A DNA stretch of 64,000 bases from an uncultured Spirochaetaceae bacterium (GTDB lineage Bacteria; Spirochaetota; Spirochaetia; JC444; Marispirochaetaceae). Position numbers and translations under genes: made by a program. Location: the NCBI GenBank assembly GCA_964554875.1, contig CAZKQJ010000015.1, positions 10,302 through 74,301 on the forward strand, in the 5' to 3' direction. Under the pieces are notes generated by a model, which had not been told where the DNA came from, searched no databases, and saw only the letters and a program-made list of their open reading frames with translations. Shown here in pieces: positions 1 to 9,136 of this stretch (the first letter of the stretch is position 1; every line of letters starts with the position of its first letter).

Positions 1-437
1 GCATTACGTATTCCTGCTACAACGTTCTCATAGATAATAGGAAAGGCCATCAGTACAGACACGAATACGGGAACCAATCCCGAAGGAAACCAGATCAGCG
101 CCAGCAGAATAAAGGACATGACCGGGGTACTCTTGATTACGATGACCAGGGGTTTTACAAGATTGCGGAAAACCGGCGACAGACCGGCGGCTACACCGCA
201 GATCAACCCCAGGAGGGCGGAGAACAAAAACGCCGCGACACCCCGCAGGGTGGTGGCCCCCAGGGCAGACAGAAAGCCCGGGGAACCTATCACATCCAGC
301 AGAGAGCCGGCAACCCGGAGAGGTCCGGGGAGTATGACCTCGGTGCCCACGTACAGCGCCCCCAGCTTCCAGAGGGCGATTATCAGCACAACCCCCATCA
401 GGGGGATACCGAAGGGTTGCCTATTCGTAGAACTCAT
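1..437 (-). CDS. ABC transporter permease, SsuC/TauC/NitT family (runs off the window start)
   Basis: Hand translation from the ATG at 437 gives MSSTNRQPFGIPLMGVVLIIALWKLG...ILPGPLRV...LVKPLVIVIKSTPVMSFILLALIWF...FPIIYENVVAGIR. It overlaps the end of the substrate-binding gene. Confidence 0.8.
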   Translation of the reverse strand, partial: MSSTNRQPFGIPLMGVVLIIALWKLGALYVGTEVILPGPLRVAGSLLDVIGSPGFLSALGATTLRGVAAFLFSALLGLICGVAAGLSPVFRNLVKPLVIVIKSTPVMSFILLALIWFPSGLVPVFVSVLMAFPIIYENVVAGIRN

Positions 438-1410
438 CCGACGGGATACTCCCCCCCACGGAAGCGGGAGCCAAGCTATGGAGCACCCGGTACAGCTCAT
501 CCACCCTGGAACGGGCCTCAGCGGGTCTCTGAAAATGCAGATTGAGTCGAGGCACCGCCGAGGCGATTATCCCCGCCGGCATATCCATGAACTCCTCGGC
601 CAAGTGGCCTGTCTCCTTCGGATGGGCAATTACCCAGTCGATGGCATCGGCATATTCCGAGAAGAAGGCCTCCACCGCCTCCGGATTGGATTCCAGGAGC
701 TCAGCTTTGACCAGTACCGCGGTCATCGGATAGGTCGATCCGGTACCCGAGCTCCTGGCCCAGACCTCCTGAAGATTGATTACCGGCTGAACCGCGGGGT
801 TTTTAGCTGCCACAATGCTGACAAAGGGTTCCGGCAGTACCGCCAGGTCGACCTTCCCGGCTACCAGCTGGGGTGTTATGGATACCTGGTCAAAACTGAA
901 ATCGATGGTAACATCATTATCAGGATCAATTCCGTTCTGGTCCAGGGTATAGCGCAGAATAAACTCCGGAGTCGATCCCTGTGCGATGCAGTAGATCCTT
1001 CTGCCCCGGAGGTCCTCCATGGAGCTGATATCGCTCCGGGAGCTGACAATGTACAGCAGTCCGTCCCCCGAAACAGCTCCAAAGCGGTAGGGTACCCCTT
1101 TGCTGTGCAACACCGCAGCCAGATTAATCGGAACGGCGGCGATATCCACCTCTCCAGACATGATCCGGGAGAGCATTATCTGGGGCTCCTGGACTACCCG
1201 GTACTCCGCCTCGAATCCTTCGGCAAAGACGGGACGATTCTTGAAGAGGGGAAGCATTCCGATGGAAGTCGGGCCCTTAAGTCCGGCTACCTGAATTTTC
1301 ACAGTACCCCGGGAGAGTTCCGGGGCCTCTTCCCCCACCCCCGCGGCTGTCAGGCTGAAACTGAAAATGATAAATATTAGTACGCTGATGAGTGCGGAAA
1401 ATCGTTTCAT
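421..1410 (-). CDS. ABC transporter substrate-binding protein, SsuA/NMT1-THI5-like
   Basis: Signal peptide MKRFSALISVLIFIIFSFSLTA; motifs GLKGPTSIG, GEVDIAAVPINLAA, GKVDLAVLPEPF. Start moved to the ATG at 1410. Confidence 0.8.
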   Translation of the reverse strand: MKRFSALISVLIFIIFSFSLTAAGVGEEAPELSRGTVKIQVAGLKGPTSIGMLPLFKNRPVFAEGFEAEYRVVQEPQIMLSRIMSGEVDIAAVPINLAAVLHSKGVPYRFGAVSGDGLLYIVSSRSDISSMEDLRGRRIYCIAQGSTPEFILRYTLDQNGIDPDNDVTIDFSFDQVSITPQLVAGKVDLAVLPEPFVSIVAAKNPAVQPVINLQEVWARSSGTGSTYPMTAVLVKAELLESNPEAVEAFFSEYADAIDWVIAHPKETGHLAEEFMDMPAGIIASAVPRLNLHFQRPAEARSRVDELYRVLHSLAPASVGGSIPSDEFYE

Positions 1411-1432
1411 TTTACCTCCGGTCAATCTAACC

Positions 1433-2671
1433 CTACTGAAGGGACAAGTCTTGGTCAATATCGGATATTCTTCTCCGGACAAGACAGGTCAGCCTTTCCG
1501 ATGCTGCAAACATGGCAAGCAGAAAGCTGAGGAGGATAAAGGGCAGCAGAACAAGTCCTGTGTACTGCAGAATGAATCCCAGCAAAGGCGGCAGGTAGGC
1601 GGAGCCCACATAGGCAAAACCCATCAGGAACCCGATTACCTTGCGGGCCGCCTCCCTCCCGAAGCGTGCCGGGACTTCGTGAATCATTGCAGGAAAGACT
1701 GGAGAGAGCCCCAGGCCGACCAGAACCAGAGCGAGTCCAAGAACGGCATCCGGCAGAGGCAGGATCAGAATCAGAATACCCGCAAGGGCTATGATGATTC
1801 CCATCCTGATCATGCGCACGTTTGACAGCCTGAAGGAGATAATCCCCGACAGAAAACGTCCCGCGGTGATCCCGCCGTAGTACATGGCAATCCAGGAGGC
1901 GGCATCCTCAATGGTAAAGCTCCGAACATGCACCAGGTAACTGCTGCCCCATAATCCCAGGCCGACTTCGACACCGCAGTAGAGCAGCATGGTCAGAAGG
2001 GCATAGATGATTCCCGGAAGTTTGAGGATTCCGGGGGCTTCCTTCGCTTCTGTCTCCCCTTTCGGCGAAGCCTCCTTCGGCTGCACCAGATCCTGGTGCC
2101 TCTTCCAGATCGGAAAACTTACAAGGATAACAACAGCCATGAAAAGCTGCAGAAAGGCTATGGTTCGGGCGCCGGGCTGCCATGATCCGCTCTGTGCCAG
2201 AGCCCGGGACATAATAACAGGCCCGAGGGTTGCACCTATCCCCCAGAAGGAGTGGAGCCAGTTCATGTGGTGAGCCCTGAAATGGAGGGCTACATAGTGG
2301 TTCAGGGAGGCATCCACGGCGCCACCTCCAACACCAAGCGGAACAGCCAGAAAAAGCAGCCAGACAAATGAGGGCGCCATGGAAAAACCGAAGAGCGCCA
2401 GGGATGTCATGAGGATACTGATAAAGGTAATCCTGGAAGTACCGATTTTTTCGGTAATATAGCCGCTCAAGAAACTGTAGATAATCCCGCCGCTGATGGA
2501 AATCATGGAGATAAGACCAGCAGTTGAGAGATCGATCCCCCACTCCCGCTGAATTACCGGGATCGCCACCCCCAGAATGGAGTCGGGAAGTCCGAGACTG
2601 ATAAATGCCAGGTAAATGACCAGTAAAAGCAGTATGGTAATGATGGTGTGCTCCTTTTTCACGGTCGCCAT
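1433..2671 (-). CDS. MFS transporter (sugar-type)
   Basis: About 12 hydrophobic segments; IYLAFISLGLPDSILG and MNWLHSFWGIGATLGP. The start is ambiguous (2671, 2752 or 2833) because it lies in the tandem repeat. Confidence 0.85.
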   Translation of the reverse strand: MATVKKEHTIITILLLLVIYLAFISLGLPDSILGVAIPVIQREWGIDLSTAGLISMISISGGIIYSFLSGYITEKIGTSRITFISILMTSLALFGFSMAPSFVWLLFLAVPLGVGGGAVDASLNHYVALHFRAHHMNWLHSFWGIGATLGPVIMSRALAQSGSWQPGARTIAFLQLFMAVVILVSFPIWKRHQDLVQPKEASPKGETEAKEAPGILKLPGIIYALLTMLLYCGVEVGLGLWGSSYLVHVRSFTIEDAASWIAMYYGGITAGRFLSGIISFRLSNVRMIRMGIIIALAGILILILPLPDAVLGLALVLVGLGLSPVFPAMIHEVPARFGREAARKVIGFLMGFAYVGSAYLPPLLGFILQYTGLVLLPFILLSFLLAMFAASERLTCLVRRRISDIDQDLSLQ

Positions 2672-2866
2672 CGGACGCTTTCCGTCCTCCGGCTCCGCTC
2701 TGCTTCGTTCAGGGGCGGCAAAGCCGCCCCTTCGCTTTTTCACGGTCGCCATCGGATGCGTCCCGTCCTCCGGCTCCGCTCTGCTTCGTTCAGGGGCGGC
2801 AAAGCCGCCCCTTCGCTTTTTCACGGTCGCCATCGGACGCTTTCCGTCCTCCGGCTCCGCTCTGCT
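2654..2866. repeat. 81-bp tandem repeat (about 2.6 copies) with internal palindromes, REP/BIME-like
   Basis: Units start at 2654, 2735 and 2816. Each full unit has GGGGCGGC-AAA-GCCGCCCC and GGACG-CTTTC-CGTCC hairpins. Confidence 0.95.
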
Positions 2867-2868
2867 GT

Positions 2869-3891
2869 TTATTTGCGTACGAGTTCGAACTCGCAGGACA
2901 TCTTTTTCAAGGCCAGAAACTTGAGGCCCTCCACGTAGCTGTCGTGAATGTCCTCCTGGAATATCAGTCCGGGAACGTGGCCGGCGGGGGCCTCATCTGC
3001 GACCCTCTGCAGGACAAGGTTCCTGATTTCCGGAGTAAAACTGTATCCGGACAGAACAATGGTTCCGGGATTGATAATCGCATTGACGGACAGAACCGTT
3101 TTTGCGACGTAATAGCTGAATCGTCCCTTGTCTCCCTGAATCTTTCTTTGCAGCTCATTGGGGACTCCCAGGGGCAGATAGGATACTTCACCGGCAAAAT
3201 TGGAATTCCCCTGCAGAATTCTGCCGTTGATCACGATTCCTGCCCCGGGATTCCCCTCCTTCGGATAGTATATGTACACCAGACTCTCGGATTTCTGATC
3301 TGTATTTGCCCTGAAATGACCGATGGCAGTACAGTTAACGTCATTCTCAATCACTATTTCCCGGCCGGTCCGCTTCTGCAGATATTCAGCCAGGGGAAAA
3401 CCGATCAGAAAAGCAAAATCACAGAGTCCGATGATGCCCTTATTGACTACCGCGGGAACCCCAAGACCAATCACCTGTAGACGGGGAAAGGAACTGCAGT
3501 AGGTATCGATCAGGGAATTCACCTCGACAAGACTGATTCCCGCAAAAGAGGAGCGTTCTTCATGGAGCAGCTTCCCTCCCATATTGATTACCGAGGAGTA
3601 GATGATCTTTTCCGCCCCTTCCTGCCTCAGATACATCAGGAGCAGATGGGCGTAATCCTGATTGTAGACAAAGCGACGGGAAGGACGCCCGCCGGTTGAG
3701 TCGGCCAGGTCCATCTCCAGGACTTCTCCGGATTCAATAAGCTCCTTCAGGATATTCCCGCAGGTTGCGACACTCAAGCCCGTTGTCCTGGCAATGCTCT
3801 TTTTTGTTCCATAACCCGACTGCCTCAAAACCGAACGAATAAGTTCGGTGTTTATCTGCCTGATCTTTATTGTGTTCGCCGCCACTTTCAT
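2869..3891 (-). CDS. ROK family transcriptional regulator
   Basis: N-terminal HTH (TKKSIARTTGLSVATCGNIL), STGGRPS, IENDVNC, GNSNFAGEV. Confidence 0.9.
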   Translation of the reverse strand: MKVAANTIKIRQINTELIRSVLRQSGYGTKKSIARTTGLSVATCGNILKELIESGEVLEMDLADSTGGRPSRRFVYNQDYAHLLLMYLRQEGAEKIIYSSVINMGGKLLHEERSSFAGISLVEVNSLIDTYCSSFPRLQVIGLGVPAVVNKGIIGLCDFAFLIGFPLAEYLQKRTGREIVIENDVNCTAIGHFRANTDQKSESLVYIYYPKEGNPGAGIVINGRILQGNSNFAGEVSYLPLGVPNELQRKIQGDKGRFSYYVAKTVLSVNAIINPGTIVLSGYSFTPEIRNLVLQRVADEAPAGHVPGLIFQEDIHDSYVEGLKFLALKKMSCEFELVRK

Positions 3892-3993
3892 TAAGTCTTA
3901 TTATAAGTATTGATTTTTATTATGCAAGAGCTAGATGGTTTTTTTTGAAAAAGATATGTTGGTCTCTCTGGCCGGGTCTGATACTATGGAACA

Positions 3994-5052
3994 GTGGAAA
4001 CAGTCTTTCTCAGAACCGCCCCAGGTCTTGAAGATCTCAGCAAACAGGAAGTCCTGGAGGCACTAAAAAAGGAGACCCCGGAAACCCGGATAAAAGCCCG
4101 CAGCGGCAGAGGCTGGGTAGAGGTCGTTCCCCCGCCCTCGGTGGTTCCGGAGGAGCTTTTCAACAATCTTCGTACAGTCTTCCGCAGCATGATTCTTAAA
4201 GCTTCCGCCCCCCGGGGGGAGGGAAAACCCGAAACGGAAGCCCTGAAGCTGGTCACAAAGGGAGGCTTCCACGATCTGCGGCACAATTCACCTTTCCGCA
4301 TTACCTGCTATGCCCCCACCGAACCCTCCGGAACCCGGCGTATGGTAGAACAGGTAATCGGTACGGAGGCTGTCAGGGCCAGCGGAGCCCCCGTGGACCT
4401 TACCCGCTACGATCTGAACTACGGGCTTGAATTCCTGGACAATCGGATTTTCTTCGGCACCGTATTCAAGGACGAAGAAGAGGCCCCTCGATACAGAAAA
4501 ACCTTTCAGGTCCGCTCTTCGGTAAAACCCCATATTGCGGCGGCAATGCTGCGTCTCGTCGGCTTTGGTTCACGTCCGGGAACCCTCCTCGATCCCTGCT
4601 GCGGTTCCGGAACAATCCTGCTGGAGGCTGCATCGACCCGGCCGAAATCACGGCTCTACGGCGTTGACGTCGATCCCCTCTGCGCCAAAGGGGCCCAGAA
4701 AAACCTGATTAACCTCTTTCCGGACCATGGGGATAGCCGCATATACCTGGGGGACGCAAGAAAGCTGGAAGAACTCTTCCCCGCAGGAGGTATCGACTAC
4801 CTGGTAACCAATCCCCCCTTTGGAATCAGAACAGGAACCCGTATCAACTTTTACTGGTTCTACCGGGGGCTTCTTAACGGAGCAAACCGGCTTCTCGATA
4901 AGAATGGCAGAATCGCTCTTCTTGTTGGTCGGCAGCGGGGTATTTTCAATCGGGCAGTCAAGGAAGACGGAAATTTCAGGACCATCCATATCCGGGTAAT
5001 TGACGCCTCCGGGCTCTTCCCTGCCCTCTATGTGCTGGCAAGGACAGGCTGA
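3994..5052 (+). CDS. THUMP-domain class I RNA (m2G-type) methyltransferase, UPF0020/Trm14/RlmL-like
   Basis: LLDPCCGSGTILLEA SAM motif, TNPPFG motif IV, N-terminal THUMP-like region. Confidence 0.8.
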   Translation: METVFLRTAPGLEDLSKQEVLEALKKETPETRIKARSGRGWVEVVPPPSVVPEELFNNLRTVFRSMILKASAPRGEGKPETEALKLVTKGGFHDLRHNSPFRITCYAPTEPSGTRRMVEQVIGTEAVRASGAPVDLTRYDLNYGLEFLDNRIFFGTVFKDEEEAPRYRKTFQVRSSVKPHIAAAMLRLVGFGSRPGTLLDPCCGSGTILLEAASTRPKSRLYGVDVDPLCAKGAQKNLINLFPDHGDSRIYLGDARKLEELFPAGGIDYLVTNPPFGIRTGTRINFYWFYRGLLNGANRLLDKNGRIALLVGRQRGIFNRAVKEDGNFRTIHIRVIDASGLFPALYVLARTG

Positions 5053-6059
5053 TGGACTTCCTTTTTGAAAGCCGCTTTAACGCCCTGATGGAAGGAATCA
5101 GTGGTCAGTTCGGGACAACGCCCCTGGGCCTGCTGATGTTTATTATTGCCCTGGCGGCGCTGCCGCTTTTTCTCTCCTTTTTGTATCTCCTGCAAAAGCA
5201 CCGGGAAAAGCAGGCCCGCATACAGCGGAGCAGGGAGATCGTCAGGAAACGCGCCGAAAAGATCGGGCTCAGTCCCGCGGAGAGGGAACTGGTGGAGCAG
5301 CTTTCGGAGTATGGGGGAGGACCGGAATCGGGCTACCTTGTGCTCTTTGACGAGCCCCGGTTTCACAAGGCCGCGGAAGAACTTCAGAAAAAGGAAACCG
5401 GGATCGGCCCGAGTTCAATCGCCGCCCTCAGGGTCAAACTGGGATTCAGCAGGGAAACCTCCCACAGACTGCATTCCACCGCCCAGCTCCCCCTTGGGGA
5501 TCCCCTGCTGGTGCGTCCGCAGAAAAAGCAGGGAGTGTTCAAGGCTGTTGTTATCGCCGTCCAGACCGACGGCTTCGAGATAGCCATGGACGGAAGCAAT
5601 CTGCTGACATCGGGAGACTCCGCTGTATTTCAGTACCAGAACCGCCAGGGTATCTTTTTGTTCAAAAGCTACTGTGTCAAACGGACGGGCGGCAGAATGC
5701 TGATACGCCACCAGGAAAAGTTTAAACAGCTTCAGAAGCGGGCCTATTTCAGAACAGCCTATACGGGAAAGCTGGAAACCGGACATTTTGATAAGGACGA
5801 ACGCTTTCAGACCCGTTTTGTCGATATCGGCGGAGGCGGCGCAAGCCTGATCAATCCGCAAGACCGATTTGATCAGGGAGATTTCCTTGAGCTGATTTTT
5901 TTCCTGCCCGGGAGCAATGACAAGCTCTGCCTCAAGGGCAGCGTAATCAGGACCTCCCGGAGCAGAAAACTGCTTCATGTTAAGTTCGAAGGGATTCAGG
6001 AGAATCAACGGGACCGGATACTGGGACTGGCCTTTAAACCACGGAAAGATTCCGGGTAG
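5052..6059 (+). CDS. Membrane-anchored PilZ-domain (YcgR/flagellar-brake-like) protein
   Basis: N-terminal TM helix; RxxxR motif (QKRAYFR) and DxxxGG motif (DIGGGGA). Confidence 0.8.
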   Translation: MDFLFESRFNALMEGISGQFGTTPLGLLMFIIALAALPLFLSFLYLLQKHREKQARIQRSREIVRKRAEKIGLSPAERELVEQLSEYGGGPESGYLVLFDEPRFHKAAEELQKKETGIGPSSIAALRVKLGFSRETSHRLHSTAQLPLGDPLLVRPQKKQGVFKAVVIAVQTDGFEIAMDGSNLLTSGDSAVFQYQNRQGIFLFKSYCVKRTGGRMLIRHQEKFKQLQKRAYFRTAYTGKLETGHFDKDERFQTRFVDIGGGGASLINPQDRFDQGDFLELIFFLPGSNDKLCLKGSVIRTSRSRKLLHVKFEGIQENQRDRILGLAFKPRKDSG

Positions 6060-6069
6060 TATCGGGTTC

Positions 6070-6912
6070 ATGGATTTTGAGCACCGATACAGCCCCTTTG
6101 CACAGTCGCCGGATATCGAACAGTTCAGAACAGAGGTACTCAAATTTTACGCCTCTGAAGGGCGCAACTTTCCCTGGCGTCAGGATACCTCCCCCTACAG
6201 CGTATTCGTCTCCGAGGTCATGCTTCAGCAGACTCAAGTATACCGGGTGGAGCCGAAATACATCCGCTGGATGCGGGAGGTTCCGGACTTTCAGGCCCTG
6301 GCAGAGCTCTCCACGGAACGCCTGCTGGGGCTCTGGCAGGGCCTGGGTTACAATCGCCGGGCCCTGGCACTCCGGGAGTCGGCAGAAAAGGTCATAAAGG
6401 AATATGATGGAATCCTGCCCGATGATCCGGAGCTGCTGCAGCGCCTGCCGGGAATCGGTCCCGCTACGGCGGCTTCGATCTGCGCCTTTGCTTTTAACCT
6501 GCCCGTTGTTTTTATCGAAACCAACATCCGCAGGGTTTTTATCCACTTTTTTTTCCGGGATTCAGAGCAGGTAAGCGACAGGGATATCCTTCCCTTAGTC
6601 GAAGCAAGCCTGCACCGGGTATCACCCCGGGACTGGTACAACGCCCTGATGGACCTTGGTACTCTGCTTAAAAATCGGGTAGCCAACCCCAACAGAAAAA
6701 GCCGCCACTACACGCGGCAGGCTCCCTTCAAAGGCTCCAACCGCGAAGCCCGGGGGGCGGTACTCAAAGCCCTCCAGAAAGCTACCCGTCAGTCAGCGGA
6801 GGAACTCTCGGAAACCACGGGAATCGACTTCCGGCGGATACTGCGGGCCGCTGAAGAGCTGGAGAAGGAAGGCTTCCTCAGCGCTGAAAAGGGCCTTTTC
6901 GGATTGACATGA
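6070..6912 (+). CDS. mutY: A/G-specific adenine glycosylase (MutY-like), lacking the [4Fe-4S] cysteines
   Basis: RNFPWR, VSEVMLQQTQV, WQGLGYNRRA, HhH LPGIGPATA, ETNIRRV. Start moved to the ATG at 6070. Confidence 0.85.
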   Translation: MDFEHRYSPFAQSPDIEQFRTEVLKFYASEGRNFPWRQDTSPYSVFVSEVMLQQTQVYRVEPKYIRWMREVPDFQALAELSTERLLGLWQGLGYNRRALALRESAEKVIKEYDGILPDDPELLQRLPGIGPATAASICAFAFNLPVVFIETNIRRVFIHFFFRDSEQVSDRDILPLVEASLHRVSPRDWYNALMDLGTLLKNRVANPNRKSRHYTRQAPFKGSNREARGAVLKALQKATRQSAEELSETTGIDFRRILRAAEELEKEGFLSAEKGLFGLT

Positions 6913-7022
6913 CAAACCGGCAGGAGACATCGGGATTGGGATGTTCTCAGGAAACAAGGGAGGAACGGCAGGTTTGGATTATGCACCTGTTTTTCTGCTG
7001 ACGTGCGGGTAAAATATACAGT

Positions 7023-7751
7023 ATGAAAATTATCGGACTTGACAGTGCAGTACAGGAGAAAGATAACGGCCTCGTCCTTTGTGAATATAATGATACACAC
7101 GAAATGATTCTGAAAGATGTGTGGGACCATAAACAGCCTTTGGTTGTACAGATTTGCGAATGGCTGAAGGATAGGAAAAAAACCCTGATAGGGATAGATG
7201 CACCCCTGGGTTGGCCGTTTCAGTTTTCCAAAGGCCTGCAGGACCACCACGCCGGGATGTATCTGGGAGACGACGCCAAGGCCTTTTTCAGGCGGGAAAC
7301 CGATCTGGATATCGCGAAACGATTTCACAAAACCCCTCTGGAAGTAAGCGCGGACAGAATAGGACGAACTGCTTTTATGTCACTGAAACGAATCAGGGAA
7401 ATCAGTGAAAGATCGCACAGAAAAGTGTCTCTGGTATGGAATACTCGGGACGACTATGATGTTGGTTTCATTGAGGTGTATCCCGCAGCAACGCTTTTAG
7501 CTAATAAGCTTGATATAAAGGGCTATAAAAAAAACTACGAAATCAGACTGAAACTCTTAGCTGAACTGAAAAGTCAGTGTTCAAAACAGGGCATGGACAA
7601 GATTGATATCGCTACAATCGACCACAATTTTGACGCCTTTATTTGCTGCCTCGCGGTATATGATTTCTTGACAGGAACGTGCAAAGCACCAGAAAAGATC
7701 ACTAAAAGAATAAATAAGGAAGGATGGATATGGACCAGAGCAATTGAGTAG
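7023..7751 (+). CDS. DUF429 family predicted nuclease (RNase H-like)
   Basis: IIGLD, IGIDAPLGWP, RRETD, IEVYPAATL, FDAFIC, KEGWIW pattern; visibly more AT-rich than its flanks. Confidence 0.75.
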   Translation: MKIIGLDSAVQEKDNGLVLCEYNDTHEMILKDVWDHKQPLVVQICEWLKDRKKTLIGIDAPLGWPFQFSKGLQDHHAGMYLGDDAKAFFRRETDLDIAKRFHKTPLEVSADRIGRTAFMSLKRIREISERSHRKVSLVWNTRDDYDVGFIEVYPAATLLANKLDIKGYKKNYEIRLKLLAELKSQCSKQGMDKIDIATIDHNFDAFICCLAVYDFLTGTCKAPEKITKRINKEGWIWTRAIE

Positions 7752-7835
7752 TAACTGTTGTCCCCAGGCGGGGGCAGCGGACAGCTAGGGCCCGCGCTAT
7801 ATGGTCTGGTAGCCGGGCGTCCCCCCGGTCCCTGG

Positions 7836-7884
7836 AAAAAAAAGCCCCCGCCAGCTTTTCAGCCTGCGCGGGAGCATTTTTTTT
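7836..7884. terminator. Probable bidirectional intrinsic terminator between DUF429 and tyrS
   Basis: A-run, imperfect GC stem (gcccccgc...gcgggagc) and T-run between convergent genes. Confidence 0.55.
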
Positions 7885-7903
7885 AAGCGAGGTGCTTCTT
7901 TTT

Positions 7904-9136
7904 TTACTTGACCACAATCCGGAAAAATCTCTTTTTTCCCGCCTTCAGCATGAGCTCCCCGTCCTGAACAAAGGAGCCGTCCACAACCGTGTCTATATCC
8001 TCGATTTTCCGGTCGTTGATGCGGGCGCCGCCCTGCTGAACCAGTCTGCGGGCTTCGCCGTTGGAGGAACAGAGGTCTGTGCGGGCAAAAAGCTCCAGCA
8101 CGCCGATGCCCTTTGCAAGTTCCGAGGCGGAAAGTTCCAGACTAGGAATGGAACTTTTGTCGCCGCTTCCGCCGAAGGCGGCCTTGGCAGCGGCCAGGGC
8201 CTTGTCCGCCTCATCCTTGCCGTGGACCAGGCTGGTGTACTCCCAGGCCAGGCGCTCCTTGGCTGCGTTCAGGGCTGCCCCTTCTCCTGCGCAGAGTTCC
8301 CGGATCTCCTCCAGTTCCAGAAAAGTAAAGAGCTTCAGGAACTTCTCCACGTCAGCGTCGGCCACATTGCGCCAGTACTGGAAAAAATCGTAAACGGAAA
8401 AGAGCCCGGAATCGAGGAAGACGGCGCCCTTCTCTGACTTGCCCATTTTCTGTCCGTCCGCCCGGGTAACCAGGGGAAAGGTCAGCCCGTAGGTTTCGCC
8501 TCCCTCCATGCGCCGGATCAGGTCGATACCCGCCACGATGTTGCCCCACTGGTCGTCCCCGCCGATCTGAAGCCGGCAGCCCTTACGCCGGTAGAGCTCC
8601 AGGTAGTCATAGGACTGGAGCAGCTGGTAATTGAACTCAACGAAGGAGAGCCCCGTCTCCAGCCGCTTTTTATAGGACTCGAAGGTCAGCATCCGGTTTA
8701 CGGAAAACTGGCTGCCGATCTCCCGCAGGAAATCGATGTAGTTCAGGTCTGCAAGCCAGTCGGCGTTGTTCACCAGCCAGCCGTTCTCCCCGTCCAGGGT
8801 AACGAAGTTGGTCAGCTGCGCGGCGACGCTCTTTACATTGGCTTCGATCTCCTCGTAGCTGAGCATCTTTCGCATCTCTGTCTTCCCCGAGGGGTCGCCG
8901 ATACGGGCGGTGCCGCCGCCCACGAGGAGCACGGGTTTATGTCCGGCCCTCTGCAGGTGAGAGAGAGCGAAAATCGGAACCATGTGTCCCACATGCAGTG
9001 AGGGCCCAGTGGGATCGACCCCCACGTAGAAGGCCACCGGTCCCTGGTCCATCAGGGAACTCAAGGAGTCAAGATCGGTACACTGTTGAATGAATCCCCT
9101 CTCCTGGAGGATCTGCAAGGCAGAATTCAGGCTCAT
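7904..9136 (-). CDS. tyrS: Tyrosine--tRNA ligase
   Basis: GVDPTGPSLHVGH, YQLLQSYD, QIGGDDQWGNI, KMGKS, C-terminal S4 domain. Confidence 0.98.
   Translation of the reverse strand: MSLNSALQILQERGFIQQCTDLDSLSSLMDQGPVAFYVGVDPTGPSLHVGHMVPIFALSHLQRAGHKPVLLVGGGTARIGDPSGKTEMRKMLSYEEIEANVKSVAAQLTNFVTLDGENGWLVNNADWLADLNYIDFLREIGSQFSVNRMLTFESYKKRLETGLSFVEFNYQLLQSYDYLELYRRKGCRLQIGGDDQWGNIVAGIDLIRRMEGGETYGLTFPLVTRADGQKMGKSEKGAVFLDSGLFSVYDFFQYWRNVADADVEKFLKLFTFLELEEIRELCAGEGAALNAAKERLAWEYTSLVHGKDEADKALAAAKAAFGGSGDKSSIPSLELSASELAKGIGVLELFARTDLCSSNGEARRLVQQGGARINDRKIEDIDTVVDGSFVQDGELMLKAGKKRFFRIVVK

Noticed and set aside
2654-2866. 81-bp repeat read as a CRISPR array (about 51-nt repeat plus 30-nt spacer)
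   Set aside because: The two would-be spacers are identical, the variation lies inside the would-be repeat, and there are no cas genes in the window.
3893-3912. Near-palindrome CTTATTATAAG upstream of the ROK gene as an autoregulatory operator
   Set aside because: Short, imperfect and AT-rich; it may simply be the -10 region.
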